From assembly GCA_963674965.2 (NCBI GenBank), contig CAXXFL010000005.1, positions 128,001 through 192,000 on the forward strand: a DNA stretch of 64,000 bases, written 5' to 3'. The notes beneath the pieces are model-generated. The model saw only the letters and a program-made list of their open reading frames with translations. It searched no databases and was not told the origin of the DNA. The position numbers and the translations under genes are program-made. This document shows, one piece after another, positions 12,001-21,693 of this stretch. The number at the start of each line of letters is the position of its first letter. Position 1 is the stretch's first letter. Source of the stretch: a bacterium (GTDB taxonomy: Bacteria > RBG-13-61-14 > DATKZS01).

Positions 12001-12397
12001 CTCCATGATCGGCTTCATCGCCGGGGCCGGAATCGTGGTCAGAAACTCGATCATACTGGTCGACTTCATCGAGCTGCGGATCGCCCAGGGAGCGCCCCTT
12101 AACCAGGCCGTGGTCGACGCCGGGGCCATCAGGTTCAGGCCCATGCTCCTGACCGCCGCCGCCGTCGTGGTGGGGGCATCGGTCATACTCTTCGATCCCA
12201 TCTTCCAGGGGCTGGCCATCTCCCTCATGGCGGGAGAGATCGCTTCCCTTCTCCTTTCCAGAATGACGGTCCCCATTCTCTATTACCTGGATAAAAAAAG
12301 GGAACTGGAAAAGGAAACGCGCGACACGGGCCCCAAGACAAATAACGAAAAGGAAAAGGAAAAGGAAGTCAAGGAAATAAAAGACAAACGGGATTGA
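9089..12397 (+). CDS. RND efflux transporter permease (AcrB/CusA superfamily)
   Basis: [35 protein letters not shown]; 1102 aa. Confidence 0.95.
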   Translation: MRQLRTGAAGKIAKAFINSRLTLLIVLTSVVLGLFAIRNLPREEEPQIIVPMIDVFVQMPGESAKEIEQRVTRPMEKLIWEIPGVEYVYTTSYPGLSMMVVRFLVGEDEEKAIVRLQSKLLANFDRIPYGASPPLVKPRYIDDVPILALTFWGEGKDHYELRRVAAEVESLIKREEDVSITDVIGGYRKSVEVILDPSRLAAHGIDPLTVRDMVAANNIETDLGSHQVKGEEIRFHAGGFLRDANDVKRVVVSAADGRPVFLGDVAEVIEGPEEPKDYVFLGVGPAGEAKGLEYSSGSYKNHPAATITMAKRKGTNAIDVANRVLERVEEAKGVLIPDDVNVTITRHYGETAKEKSDELLFHMAIAIISVTILVGFALGYREAGVVMLAIPVTLALTLAVFYWYGYTLNRITLFALIFSIGILVDDAIVVVENIVRHFRMPQNQGKPFIKVAIRAVDEVGDPTILATLTVIAAIVPMAFVGGLMGPYMRPIPVGATAAMIFSLLVAFIVTPWAGTLLLKGEMEGPSHSPESQGKEGWSTRLYRRAMTPLINNPFYRYGFLLSVVLLLLGAMLLVAVGWVKVKMLPFDNKSEFQVVIDMPEGTTMEKTAAAAMEMGDYLRAVNEVTDYEIYVGSASPFNFNGLVRHSYLRQGPNVADIQVNLAAKHDRTAQSHEIAKRARGPLKEIADRAGGKVKVVEVPPGPPVLSTLVAEVYGPDYERQIQIAGQIKEIFESTPGVVDVDWYVEDDQKKQSLVVDKEKASLHGVSAAQINQTLDLALTGRAIGLIHAPEEKEDVKIFLRTPPSQKAGVERVANLKIKAADQSMVPLSSLVKVEDSTIDKAIYHKNLVPAVYVLGDVAGEKESPVYAILEMWEKIDAIELPEGYKIEQNTASIPRDANKYAMKWDGEWHITYEVFRDLGIAFGAALLLIFVLVVAYFQSFSTPLVILAAIPFSLVGILPAHGAMGAFFTATSMIGFIAGAGIVVRNSIILVDFIELRIAQGAPLNQAVVDAGAIRFRPMLLTAAAVVVGASVILFDPIFQGLAISLMAGEIASLLLSRMTVPILYYLDKKRELEKETRDTGPKTNNEKEKEKEVKEIKDKRD

Positions 12398-12476
12398 TCG
12401 AAAACCGCGGTCAAGCCGGCGGGCCGGCTCTCGAATCGAGACGGGACCGGCGAAGTAAAAATCGGGAGGAAATTAA

Positions 12477-12698
12477 ATGAACGTGGAAAGAGCATTAAGA
12501 GCGGTGGCCGGAGGAGTGGTAATAGTATCCGCGGCCTTGACCTGCTTTCACTCGCCCCTTTGGATACTGTTCACCCTGTTCGTGGGCGCCAACCTTTTAC
12601 AGTCCTCGCTGACCAACTGGTGTCCCATGATGACCGTGTTGCGCAAGGCCGGATTAAAGGATTGCACTGACAATACGGCCCTGGACGTTGCCAGATAA
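12477..12698 (+). CDS. DUF2892 (YgaP-like) small membrane protein
   Basis: NVER.LR..AG, VGANLLQS..T.WCP signature. Confidence 0.85.
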   Translation: MNVERALRAVAGGVVIVSAALTCFHSPLWILFTLFVGANLLQSSLTNWCPMMTVLRKAGLKDCTDNTALDVAR

Positions 12699-12821
12699 AA
12701 TTTACAAAACAAAAATGGCGCTCCCTTGCCCCGTCCCACCATTCCGGGGAGGAAAGAGGCAAGGAAGCGCCGCTTCAATTATGGAAAGGACGGCCTATCG
12801 TACCGTCTCGACGGCCGCCGC

Positions 12822-14465
12822 CTACTCCAGGATGGCCCCCTTGGCCGCGCTCGAGACGTACTTGCGATAGCGCTTCATGAAGCCGTCGGGTATTTTCCGC
12901 TCGACGGGCTTGTAATTTTCCAGGCGCTTTTTGATCTCCTCGTCCGACAGGTTCAAGTGGATGCCGCGGTTCGGGATGTCGACGGTTATCTCGTCGCCGT
13001 CCCTCACCGCCGCGATGGGTCCTCCCACGTAGGCCTCGGGGGAAACGTGGCCCACGCACGGACCCACGCTGGCTCCGGAAAAGCGGCCGTCCGTGAGCAT
13101 GGCCACCCGCTTCATGCCCGAAAGGTCGATGGCCATGGTGACGGCCAGTGTCTCGGGCATGCCCGGAGCGCCCTTGGGCCCCTCGTTCCTGATTACCACC
13201 ACCTCGCCCTCCTTGATCCGTCCCTCCCGGACCGCGGCCAGGGCCTCGTGCTCGCTCTCCATCACGTGGGCCTTGCCCGTAAAGGTCCGCATCTCGGGAA
13301 TGACCGCCGACTGCTTGACCACCGCCCCCTCCGGCGCCAGGTTCCCGAAAAGGGCCACCGTGCCGCCCTCCTCCTTGAAGGGCTTGTCCTTGGGCCGGAT
13401 GACCCGCTCGTCGGCCACGGCCACGTTCTCGAGGATTTCCTTCCAGGTCGCGCCCGTGACGTTGAGGGCGTCCAGATGAAGGTCCGACTCGAGCCGCTTC
13501 ATCACCGCCGGGATGCCGCCCGCGGAATATAGGTCGATGATCCCGTGCGGGCCGTTGGGACTGATCGAGCAGATGGTGGGTATTTTCACGTTGACCTCGT
13601 TGAACCTGGAGAGGGGAAGCTCGAGTCCCAGCTCGTGGGCGATGGCGGGAAGGTGCAGGGTCGAGTTGGTCGAACCGCCGATGGCCAGGTCGACCATGAC
13701 CGCGTTGTCCAGGGCCTTCTCGGTCATGATCTTGCGGGCCGTCAGGTCCTCCTCGACCATGGCCACCACCCTTTTCCCCGCCTGGCGGGCGAAACGCAGC
13801 TTGTCGGCGTGAAAGGCCGGAACGTTGGCCGAGCCGGGTATGGTCAACCCGAAGGCCTCGGCCATGCACTGGAAGGTGTTGGCCGTGCCCATCAGCTCGC
13901 AGGCGCCGCAGGTGGCGCAGGTCGAGGTCCCCAGCTTGAGACCCAGGTCCGCGTAATCCTTGTGGTCAACGCTCTCCCCTCTTCCCGCCATGAACCGGAT
14001 GTGCCACGAGTTGGGACCGCCGGTCAAAAACACCGTGGGCAGGTCTAGCCTGGCCGCGGCCATGAGCATGCCGGGAATGATCTTGTCGCAGCTCGCCACC
14101 ATGACGATCCCGTCGAAGCACATGCTGCGGCTGTAGGTCTCGACCGTGTCGGCTATGAGCTCGCGCTGGGCCAGCACGTAGCGCATGGCGTCGTGGCCCT
14201 CCGTGATCCCGTCGCAGGGGGCGGGCACGTTGAACTCGAAGGGTATGCCTCCACCCGCGTGTACGCCCTCCTTGACGCGCGTGGCCAAAAGGCCAAGATG
14301 CATGTGCCCGGGGTTGGCCTCGGTGAGGGAGTTGGCCACGCCGATAATCGGCTTTTCCTTGCACTCCTCCACGTCAACGCCCGTGCCCTTCAATATGGTC
14401 ACCCGGACCATGCTGATGGGGAAATCCTTATTATCGAACATGGGTTGGCTTTTCGGCTTCTTCAT
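12822..14465 (-). CDS. ilvD: Dihydroxy-acid dehydratase (IlvD/Edd family)
   Basis: PGHMHL, CDG, SCDKIIPG, GAC..MGTANT, GGSTN..LHL, EGPKGAPGMPE, TDGRFSG. Confidence 0.9.
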   Translation of the reverse strand: MKKPKSQPMFDNKDFPISMVRVTILKGTGVDVEECKEKPIIGVANSLTEANPGHMHLGLLATRVKEGVHAGGGIPFEFNVPAPCDGITEGHDAMRYVLAQRELIADTVETYSRSMCFDGIVMVASCDKIIPGMLMAAARLDLPTVFLTGGPNSWHIRFMAGRGESVDHKDYADLGLKLGTSTCATCGACELMGTANTFQCMAEAFGLTIPGSANVPAFHADKLRFARQAGKRVVAMVEEDLTARKIMTEKALDNAVMVDLAIGGSTNSTLHLPAIAHELGLELPLSRFNEVNVKIPTICSISPNGPHGIIDLYSAGGIPAVMKRLESDLHLDALNVTGATWKEILENVAVADERVIRPKDKPFKEEGGTVALFGNLAPEGAVVKQSAVIPEMRTFTGKAHVMESEHEALAAVREGRIKEGEVVVIRNEGPKGAPGMPETLAVTMAIDLSGMKRVAMLTDGRFSGASVGPCVGHVSPEAYVGGPIAAVRDGDEITVDIPNRGIHLNLSDEEIKKRLENYKPVERKIPDGFMKRYRKYVSSAAKGAILE

Positions 14466-14762
14466 AAAAGTTTACCTCCTGGTTGGTTTTGGGCGACGCC
14501 CGGGGCGGGAAACCTCTCCTCCGGCGGCGACAACCTGCATCCTAGCTTCTTTTCGCCCCGTTCTCAAAATTAAGGCGAGGGTCCAGGCCCGACGGCATGG
14601 ATTATCGCGACCCGAGAGCCGGCCGGCGGCGGACGATTCGGGTTTGCATTCGCATTTTCCATAAGCTAGGTTATGAGGGAGGGGATGAGTGTCTCGCGCC
14701 GCGGCCTTTTGGACTTGGCGTGGAAAGCGGTCCCTATTCCACTATCCGGGGAGGATACAGTC

Positions 14763-16064
14763 ATGGTTATCGAGTGCGACGCCGTCATCGTCGGCTCTGG
14801 CCCGGGAGGAGCGTCCTGCGCCAGGGAACTGGTCAAGGCCGGCAAACAAGTGGTCATGCTGGAACGGGGCGCCGACCATCAAATGATGGGCAACTCGGTG
14901 GCGACCCTTCCCATGGTGGACCTGAGCAACATCGCGCCCATCGGCCACAAGATGATGATCAGGGGAATCACCACCGGCGGGTCATCCATGCTCTACTGCG
15001 GCACCGCCACCCGGCCGGCCCCCTTTATCAAGGAGCAGACGGGCATCGACCTCAATCCCTACGCCGACGAGTTCGAGGAGGAACTGGGCATCGGTCCCCT
15101 CCCGGAAAGGCTGGTGGGAGACGCGGCCAAGCGCATGATGGACGCCGCCAGGGAGCTGAATATCGACTGGGACCTCCTGCCCAAGTTCATCAATCCCGAA
15201 AAATGCGAGCCGGACTGCGGCGACTGCATGTTCGGCTGCAAAAAGGGAGCGAAATGGACCTCCCGCGAGTTCGTCTACGAGTCTCAAGAAAAGGGCATGC
15301 GCCTTTTCAACCGCGTCAAGGTGGACAAGGTGCTGCGCGACGACGGCAAGGCGATAGGAGTGAAAGGCAAGGGACCCGGCGGCGAGATGGAGGTCCGGGC
15401 CCAAAAGGTGGTCATCTCGGCCGGCGGACTGGGGACCCCCGTGATCCTCAAGCGCTCGGGCATCGACGAGGCGGGCGAGGGCTTTTTCAGCGATCCTCTC
15501 CTCTTCACCTACGGCGTCAGGGAAAAACAGGAAAAGGGGTCCATTTACGACATACCCATGACCGCCGGGACCTTCCAGTACTGGGAGGACGAGGGGTTCG
15601 TGCTCACCGACCTGGCCGAGCCCTGGCTCATGATGTGGTCGTCCATGGGCATGGCCAGGCCTCCCCGGCCCGACGTAGCCCACAAGGTGAGAAAAGTCCT
15701 GGGCATAATGACCAAGGTCAAGGACCCCGTCTCGGGAAGGATCGACGCCAATGGCAAAATTAGGAAGCCCTTCGAGGATGTAGTCAAGAAGAGACTCTTC
15801 GGCGGCGACGCGGTCGCCCGGGAAATCCTGTTAAAGGCCGGCTGCGAAAAAGGCTCGCTCTTCACCGCCCCCATCAAGGCCGCCCACCCCGGCGGGACCG
15901 CCAGGATCGGACACGTGGTCAACGACAAGCTCGAGACCAAAATCAAAAACCTCTACGTGGCCGACGCCAGCGTGGTGCCCGACGAGTTGGGAACGCCCGT
16001 CGTGCTTCTCGCCCTTTGCATCGGGAAATACGCGGCCCAGAACATCCTGGCCGACTGGAACTGA
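14763..16064 (+). CDS. GMC family FAD-dependent oxidoreductase
   Basis: IVGSGPGG FAD motif, CxxxCxxCxxGC, SAGGLGTP, HPGGTARIG, LYVADAS. Confidence 0.9.
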   Translation: MVIECDAVIVGSGPGGASCARELVKAGKQVVMLERGADHQMMGNSVATLPMVDLSNIAPIGHKMMIRGITTGGSSMLYCGTATRPAPFIKEQTGIDLNPYADEFEEELGIGPLPERLVGDAAKRMMDAARELNIDWDLLPKFINPEKCEPDCGDCMFGCKKGAKWTSREFVYESQEKGMRLFNRVKVDKVLRDDGKAIGVKGKGPGGEMEVRAQKVVISAGGLGTPVILKRSGIDEAGEGFFSDPLLFTYGVREKQEKGSIYDIPMTAGTFQYWEDEGFVLTDLAEPWLMMWSSMGMARPPRPDVAHKVRKVLGIMTKVKDPVSGRIDANGKIRKPFEDVVKKRLFGGDAVAREILLKAGCEKGSLFTAPIKAAHPGGTARIGHVVNDKLETKIKNLYVADASVVPDELGTPVVLLALCIGKYAAQNILADWN

Positions 16065-16248
16065 AACCGACTTATGGGTACAACGGCCGGACGGACGCCG
16101 CGGGCTTCCGGCTCCGGCGTCCCCTTCAGCCGATATAGGATTTGTCAACCATGCCCATGACCGCCAAGGCCGACCAAAGCGAGGTCAATCCTCATTCCCT
16201 TTCGCTAACGGGGCTTGGCCGTCCGCCCGCCGGTCTCGAGGGAGGCGA

Positions 16249-17028
16249 ATGAACGAGACGGCCGCCGGGAGCGAGGACCTTACCGAGCTTCTCGGGCGTC
16301 TTCGCGAGACGGCAAAGGGTTTCCAGGCCCGCTTGCTTTCCGCCGCGGGTCCCGATGAGTTGGCCGAATACAAGGGCCGGCTGGAAAAAAAAGGCAAGGG
16401 CAAAAGCCCCGTGATTCTGGCCTCGGACACGGCCGTCGAGCTGGGGTCGCCCCGGCTGAGGTCGGCCTACGCCGCGCTCTGGACCAGGGACAAGTCGCTC
16501 GTGACGGACGGGGCCGTAACGGTGATCGGACCGGGCCTGGCCGAGTCGGAGGGCAAGGCCCTCGATTACGCCCAGTTGACCGCGTTGGCCTTGGGCCCGG
16601 AGGCCGAGCCCAATCCATTCAAGCTCGAGTCCATCCAGTTCCTGGCCCGGCGGCTTCCGGGGGTCATGTCGAGAACGGTCCCCGGCAGGCTCTGGGTCCG
16701 AGTCAGTCACCAGGCGATCGAGGCGGGCGTCGACTTCCGGATCATCGGAGGGGCGCTAAGGGAGACTTATAAAAAGGAAATGGCCGGCGTCGAGGCGGTC
16801 GAGTCCTTTTTCGTGACCCTCTGCGGCCGGGCGGTGGACCAATTCTCGGCCATCGCGAGCGAGGCGAGAATTCACGCGGGCAGTCACAAGAAGCTGGCCC
16901 TGGGCGTTGACGGCTCCTACGAGTGCAAGGAACTCGAGTGCGACTCCTGCGACGAAAAGCCCGTGTGCGACAGGATTCGGGAGGTCGCCATTATCCGGAA
17001 GAGGAAAAAGAAGGAAAGCGCGAGATAA
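16249..17028 (+). CDS. Stand-alone protein resembling a domain of CO dehydrogenase/acetyl-CoA synthase beta subunit, with Cys-rich C-terminus
   Basis: DTAVELGSP, DGAVTVIGP, LPGVMSR...WVRVS, C-terminal CKELECDSCDEKPVCD. Confidence 0.6.
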   Translation: MNETAAGSEDLTELLGRLRETAKGFQARLLSAAGPDELAEYKGRLEKKGKGKSPVILASDTAVELGSPRLRSAYAALWTRDKSLVTDGAVTVIGPGLAESEGKALDYAQLTALALGPEAEPNPFKLESIQFLARRLPGVMSRTVPGRLWVRVSHQAIEAGVDFRIIGGALRETYKKEMAGVEAVESFFVTLCGRAVDQFSAIASEARIHAGSHKKLALGVDGSYECKELECDSCDEKPVCDRIREVAIIRKRKKKESAR

Positions 17029-17060
17029 ACCGTAAAGAAATGGAACCTCTTGTAAAAGTT

Positions 17061-17191
17061 CCGCTTTGGAGTGCGGCGGCTCGACGCCGCTTTTCTTCCG
17101 AGCGGCTTGACGCGAGGCAAGCCGGCGTATTATAGGCCTTGTCAAGCCAAGGCCATCGAAAGCGGTCTCAAGCGACCGCGCTCCAAAGCGG
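17061..17191. repeat. REP/REPIN-like long palindromic element
   Basis: 33-bp imperfect inverted repeat (17061-17093 vs 17159-17191, 27/33 matching) with inner IR GGCTTGAC...GTCAAGCC. Confidence 0.7.
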
Positions 17192-17275
17192 CTATGCCGC
17201 CAAGAAAATGACTTTTGCAAGACTTATTAACGCGGCGGCCGAGTCCCGCGTCCGCGATAAATGGAGGTTGCGCCC

Positions 17276-18052
17276 ATGGCGAAAATCGTAGACCTGTCCA
17301 AAACCATACGCTTTGACCGTCGGGACCCCTGGTGGATGCGGGCCAAGGTCGGCAAGCAGGGGCACATGCTGGGAGGTATCCAGATAAGGCTCTTCTTCAA
17401 GCTTCCTTATTCCCTCTTTCCCAAGGGCTTCACCGGGTGGGCCAACGACACCCTTAAGATGGGCGTTCACTCGAGCACTCATCTTGACGCGCCCTGGCAC
17501 TACGGCCCGGCCTCGGAGGGCAAGGCGGCCAGGACCATCGACGAGGTGCCCCTCGAGTGGTGCTACGGACCGGGAGTGGTGATCGACGCCACCCGAAAAC
17601 CCGACTTCGAGATGATCACGGCGGAAGATATCGAGCGCGACCTGGACCGGAGCGGAGCGAGTGTCGGGGAAGGTACCATTGTCCTTATCAAAACGGGGCG
17701 GGACGCCCTGGCCTATACGCCCGACTTCACCACGCGGGGAACGGGCATGAGCCGCGAGGCCACCGAATGGCTGGTGGACAGGGGGGTCAAGGTGATCGGG
17801 ATCGACCAGTGGGGCTTCGACCTTCCCCTTCCCTGGATGGCCCGGGAGGCCAGGCGCAGAAACGACCGCGAGTATTTCTGGCAGGCCCATCTGGTGGGCG
17901 TGAAAAAGGAATATTGCCACATCGAGCAGCTCACCAACCTGGGCGCCCTGCCCCCCGCCGGTTTCAAGGTGGCCGCTTTTCCGCTCAAGATCGAGGGCGC
18001 CAGCGCCGGCCCGGCCCGGGTGGTGGCCATCTTCGAGGAGGAAACCACATGA
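17276..18052 (+). CDS. Cyclase family metal-dependent hydrolase (kynurenine formamidase-like)
   Basis: HSSTHLDAPWH (HxGTHxDxPxH variant), IGID, HIEQLTNL, PLKIEGASAGPAR. Confidence 0.9.
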   Translation: MAKIVDLSKTIRFDRRDPWWMRAKVGKQGHMLGGIQIRLFFKLPYSLFPKGFTGWANDTLKMGVHSSTHLDAPWHYGPASEGKAARTIDEVPLEWCYGPGVVIDATRKPDFEMITAEDIERDLDRSGASVGEGTIVLIKTGRDALAYTPDFTTRGTGMSREATEWLVDRGVKVIGIDQWGFDLPLPWMAREARRRNDREYFWQAHLVGVKKEYCHIEQLTNLGALPPAGFKVAAFPLKIEGASAGPARVVAIFEEETT

Positions 18053-19077
18053 AGCTTTGTACCTTCCAGGTAAAGGACGGCGACGCGGGCCCCAGGGCCG
18101 GCATCCTGAGGGACGGCTCGGTATACGACGTGGACGCCATAGTCCCGGTCCTGGCCGCCAGGATCGGCAAGGCGCCCATGGCCGATTACTCGAGCGTCAT
18201 CGGCATACTGCGCGGCGGCCGCCCGGTAATGGACGTGGTGACCAAGATGGACAAGTCCATCGCCGAGGAAACGGATTCCTCCCCCGCGGCGCGCTACAAG
18301 GTCGGCCTGGACAAGGTCCAGCTTCTGGCGCCCGTGCCCCGGCCCAACTCCATCCGCGACTTCATGGTCTTCGAGGAGCACCTGGTCAATTCCATGCACA
18401 CGGTGGTAAAAAACAAGTTCCCGCCCCTGGCCTGGCTCAGCAGGCTGGTCCAGAAGGGAATAGGAAAACCCCTTCTCAGGCCGCCCAACGTATGGTACCG
18501 CATTCCCGCCTATTACAAGGGAAACCCCGACTCGGTAATCGGACCCGGCCGGGACATCGAGTGGCCGTCCTATACGGAGAAACTGGACTACGAGCTCGAG
18601 TTCGGCGTCTATATTATGGGAGCGGGAAAGGACGTCAAAAAGGAGGACGCCGAGTCCTATATCGCGGGCTACACCATCTTCAACGACGTGAGCGCCCGCG
18701 ACTTCCAGATGAGGGAGATGGGCGCCCGGCTGGGACCGGCCAAGGGCAAGGACTTCGACACCGGCAACGTGATGGGCCCGTGGCTGGTGACTCCCGACGA
18801 GGTGGGCGACCCCTACTCGCTCAAGATGGAGGCCCTCGTGAACGGAGAGGTCTGGTCCTCCGGTACCAGCGCGGGAATGAGGTTTAAATTCCCCGACATA
18901 ATCGAGCACGTCTCCATGTCCGAGACCCTGCGGCCGGGCGATTTCCTCGGCTCCGGCACCATGGGCACGGGCTGCGGACTCGAATTGGACCGCTGGATAA
19001 GGCCCGGCGACTCGATCACCCTGAAAGTGGAAAAGCTCGGCGAGCTGACCAACAAGGTGGTAAGGAGGAAAAAATGA
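18049..19077 (+). CDS. Fumarylacetoacetate hydrolase family protein
   Basis: RDFMVFEEH, LDYELE, NDVSARD, KGKDF, GPWLVTPDE, GSGT; ATGA overlap with the cyclase stop. Confidence 0.92.
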   Translation: MKLCTFQVKDGDAGPRAGILRDGSVYDVDAIVPVLAARIGKAPMADYSSVIGILRGGRPVMDVVTKMDKSIAEETDSSPAARYKVGLDKVQLLAPVPRPNSIRDFMVFEEHLVNSMHTVVKNKFPPLAWLSRLVQKGIGKPLLRPPNVWYRIPAYYKGNPDSVIGPGRDIEWPSYTEKLDYELEFGVYIMGAGKDVKKEDAESYIAGYTIFNDVSARDFQMREMGARLGPAKGKDFDTGNVMGPWLVTPDEVGDPYSLKMEALVNGEVWSSGTSAGMRFKFPDIIEHVSMSETLRPGDFLGSGTMGTGCGLELDRWIRPGDSITLKVEKLGELTNKVVRRKK

Positions 19078-20255
19078 GGACCATACCCAGCCATGACCCG
19101 GAAGTAATGGAAAAGAGGTCCGGCGGCGGGGGTATGGCCGTGTTCGGTTTTGTCTTCCTTTGTATAGGGATCGCGATCGCGGCCATGGCCCTCGGGGTGA
19201 TACCGGCCGAGGACGAGGGAGGTCCGCCCCGCTTCGTGGGGGCCATGTTCGGCCTGCCCTTCGCCATAACCGGATTGATCTTCGCCCTGGGCCGCTCGGG
19301 CCTTATCGTCGACAAAAGGACGGGCGTCCTCACCAAATGGCACGGGCTGATCGTCCCGATCATTCGGAAAGAAAAAAGGATCGACTTCTACGAGAGGGTG
19401 ACCATCGGCAAGGAAAAGAGGAGCAGCGGTAAAAACCAGATAACCGTCTATCCCGTGCGGCTGGAAGGATCGAAAGGCGAGGCCCCCCTCGAGCTGTCGG
19501 CCGCGCAGGATTACCTCGCCGCCAGGCGGGAGGCCGAGGAGATGGCCAAGTTCATGGGATGGGAACTGGCCGACGCTTCCTCCGGGACGGTGGTCACGAG
19601 GGAGGCGGACAAGCTCGACGAGTCCGTCCGGGAGAGAGTGAGAAGGACGGGAGAGACCCCCGAGCCCGTTCCCCTGCCGCCCCAGATGAGAATCCGCGTC
19701 GAGAGGACCGGAGCGGACCTTAATATCTTCACCCCCGCCCCCGGCCTGGGCATTCCCGAGTACCTGCTCATGACCCTCGGCGTAATGGGGACCTTCATGG
19801 GCGGCGCCATGTTCCTCTTCGTGTTTATCGACGAGACGGCCCCCCTTCCCATCAAGATTTTTTTCAGCCTCTTCATGATCGTTCCCATCGCCGTCTCCTG
19901 GAGCATCAGCCTGGGAAGGGCCAGGAAAAAGTACGAGATCTTCGTCTCCTACGACCGGCTCCGGGTCAAAACCAGGGGCTTTATCTTCTCGAGCGAGAGC
20001 TCGATGCCCATGTCCGAGATGGAGGAACTGGTGTTCCACTCGGGTCTCGCCATGCCCTCCCCCGAGGAACTGGCCAGGCGATCGGGAAAATCCGGGCAGG
20101 AAGTTCCTCCCATCGTTTATACCTTCCTGAGGATACTGGCCAAACCTGGGCTGGTGGCCCGAAGCGACAAGGCCGAAATCAAGTTCGGAGAGGGATTAAG
20201 CGACGAGGAGTTAAAATACGTCCATTACGAGATCATGAGGATGATCGCCGAATAA
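19074..20255 (+). CDS. Hypothetical membrane protein (two TM hairpins, each followed by a soluble domain); paralog 1
   Basis: ATGA overlap with the FAH gene; clear similarity to the next ORF. Confidence 0.8.
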   Translation: MRTIPSHDPEVMEKRSGGGGMAVFGFVFLCIGIAIAAMALGVIPAEDEGGPPRFVGAMFGLPFAITGLIFALGRSGLIVDKRTGVLTKWHGLIVPIIRKEKRIDFYERVTIGKEKRSSGKNQITVYPVRLEGSKGEAPLELSAAQDYLAARREAEEMAKFMGWELADASSGTVVTREADKLDESVRERVRRTGETPEPVPLPPQMRIRVERTGADLNIFTPAPGLGIPEYLLMTLGVMGTFMGGAMFLFVFIDETAPLPIKIFFSLFMIVPIAVSWSISLGRARKKYEIFVSYDRLRVKTRGFIFSSESSMPMSEMEELVFHSGLAMPSPEELARRSGKSGQEVPPIVYTFLRILAKPGLVARSDKAEIKFGEGLSDEELKYVHYEIMRMIAE

Positions 20256-20337
20256 AAAGAGAACCCATAAAAGGAGAGGCCCCAACAACAATAGCAAACC
20301 TGAATGAAGGGAGCGGCAAGGTCGCAAGGAGTAACGG

Positions 20338-21471
20338 TTGAAAGCCTTTACAAGCCATGACCCCGAGGTACTGGAGAAAAAATGGGCAAACCCGATCGGG
20401 ATCGTCGTGGGCCCGATTCTTATCCTGGTCGGGATGGCCTGGGCCGCCGTCTCCGTCGTGAGCGCGGCGCCCGAGATAAACTTCATGGGCCTTTTCATCG
20501 GCTTTCTTCTGGAGATAGCGGGGCTTTTGCTCGCGTCCATCCGGTCGGGCCTTACGATCGATAAAAGGACTGGAGTACTCACCAGGTGGGAGGGGTTTCT
20601 TTTACCGATAAAAAAGCAAGAGCAGGGGATCGGAAATTACGATACGGTCACCCTGCGCAAGGAATATCGGACCCGAGGCAAGGAAAGGATAATCGTATAT
20701 CGCGCGCGACTGGAGGATTCAGAGGGCGAGGCCCCCCTCGTGCTATCGGCCATTGAAAATTACTTTAAGGCCCGGCGGGAGGCCAAGGAGATCGCCGGGT
20801 TCCTCGGGTTGACCCTGGTGGACTCATCCTCCGGCGTGGCGGTGACGCGGGAGGCCCACGAGTTGGGAGAACCCTTGCGGGAGAGATTGAAGAGGACGGA
20901 CGAGGTCCCCGAGCACCTGGAGCCGCCGCGAGACACGAGGGTCCGAGTCGAGCGCGAGGAGGATGAACTGCGTATCTTTACGCCGGCGAAAGGCATGGGA
21001 GCGGGCGTGTACTTGATTCTGCTTCCCTTCGTGACGGCTGTACTTTTATTAAGCTGGGCCTTTTTCCCCTTCATTTCAAAAGAGGGCGCTCCACTCCCAA
21101 TCAGAATAATTATCGGTCTTATCGTGATCACGTCCATAATTCTTACCATTGGGATTGTACTGGAAAAAGCCTTGAAAGAGCGTGAGATTATCGTCTCTCG
21201 CGACCAACTTCTGGAGAGGACCAGAGTCCTGTTAATATCCAGAAGCAAATCCATGTCCCTGTCCGAGATGGAGGAGTTGTTGTTCCACTCCGAGATTTCC
21301 GTTCCTTATGAGGACCGCGCGCTTGCCGTGGAGAGGGCCCTTTTCAGACTTTTCGCCAAACCCGGTCTTCTGGCCCGAAGCGACAAGGCCGAGATCAAGT
21401 TCGCGGAGGGATTGAGCGACGAGGAGTTAAAATACGTCCATTACGAAATCATGAGGATGATCGCCGAATAA
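20338..21471 (+). CDS. Hypothetical membrane protein; paralog 2 (TTG start)
   Basis: AAGGAG RBS before TTG; shares SHDPEV.EK, DKRTGVLT.W.G and a nearly identical C-terminus with paralog 1. Confidence 0.8.
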   Translation: MKAFTSHDPEVLEKKWANPIGIVVGPILILVGMAWAAVSVVSAAPEINFMGLFIGFLLEIAGLLLASIRSGLTIDKRTGVLTRWEGFLLPIKKQEQGIGNYDTVTLRKEYRTRGKERIIVYRARLEDSEGEAPLVLSAIENYFKARREAKEIAGFLGLTLVDSSSGVAVTREAHELGEPLRERLKRTDEVPEHLEPPRDTRVRVEREEDELRIFTPAKGMGAGVYLILLPFVTAVLLLSWAFFPFISKEGAPLPIRIIIGLIVITSIILTIGIVLEKALKEREIIVSRDQLLERTRVLLISRSKSMSLSEMEELLFHSEISVPYEDRALAVERALFRLFAKPGLLARSDKAEIKFAEGLSDEELKYVHYEIMRMIAE

Positions 21472-21693
21472 GAAGGCAAGCGCCGCGCTGGACAAAGGAT
21501 ATTTTTCGTCTATTATCATGAAGGATTACGTGGGAGGGTATAAGGACCCGAAATTGTTTTTACGGGGTCCTGATCGAAGGCTTCGGGGATATCGTTCGTT
21601 TTGGGAAACGTGTAGGGCCAGGCCAAAGCCGAGGCCCTGAGGGATAGTAGTTATCTAAGGCCAAAAGCCACCTAGTGAAGGAGGATCGATCGG

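Noticed and set aside
17557-18048. Apparent 164-aa N-terminal extension of the FAH ORF (similar extensions on pabB, panB and the 38051 ORF)
   Set aside because: Overlaps the upstream gene or leader; downstream starts with good RBS or ATGA coupling fit better
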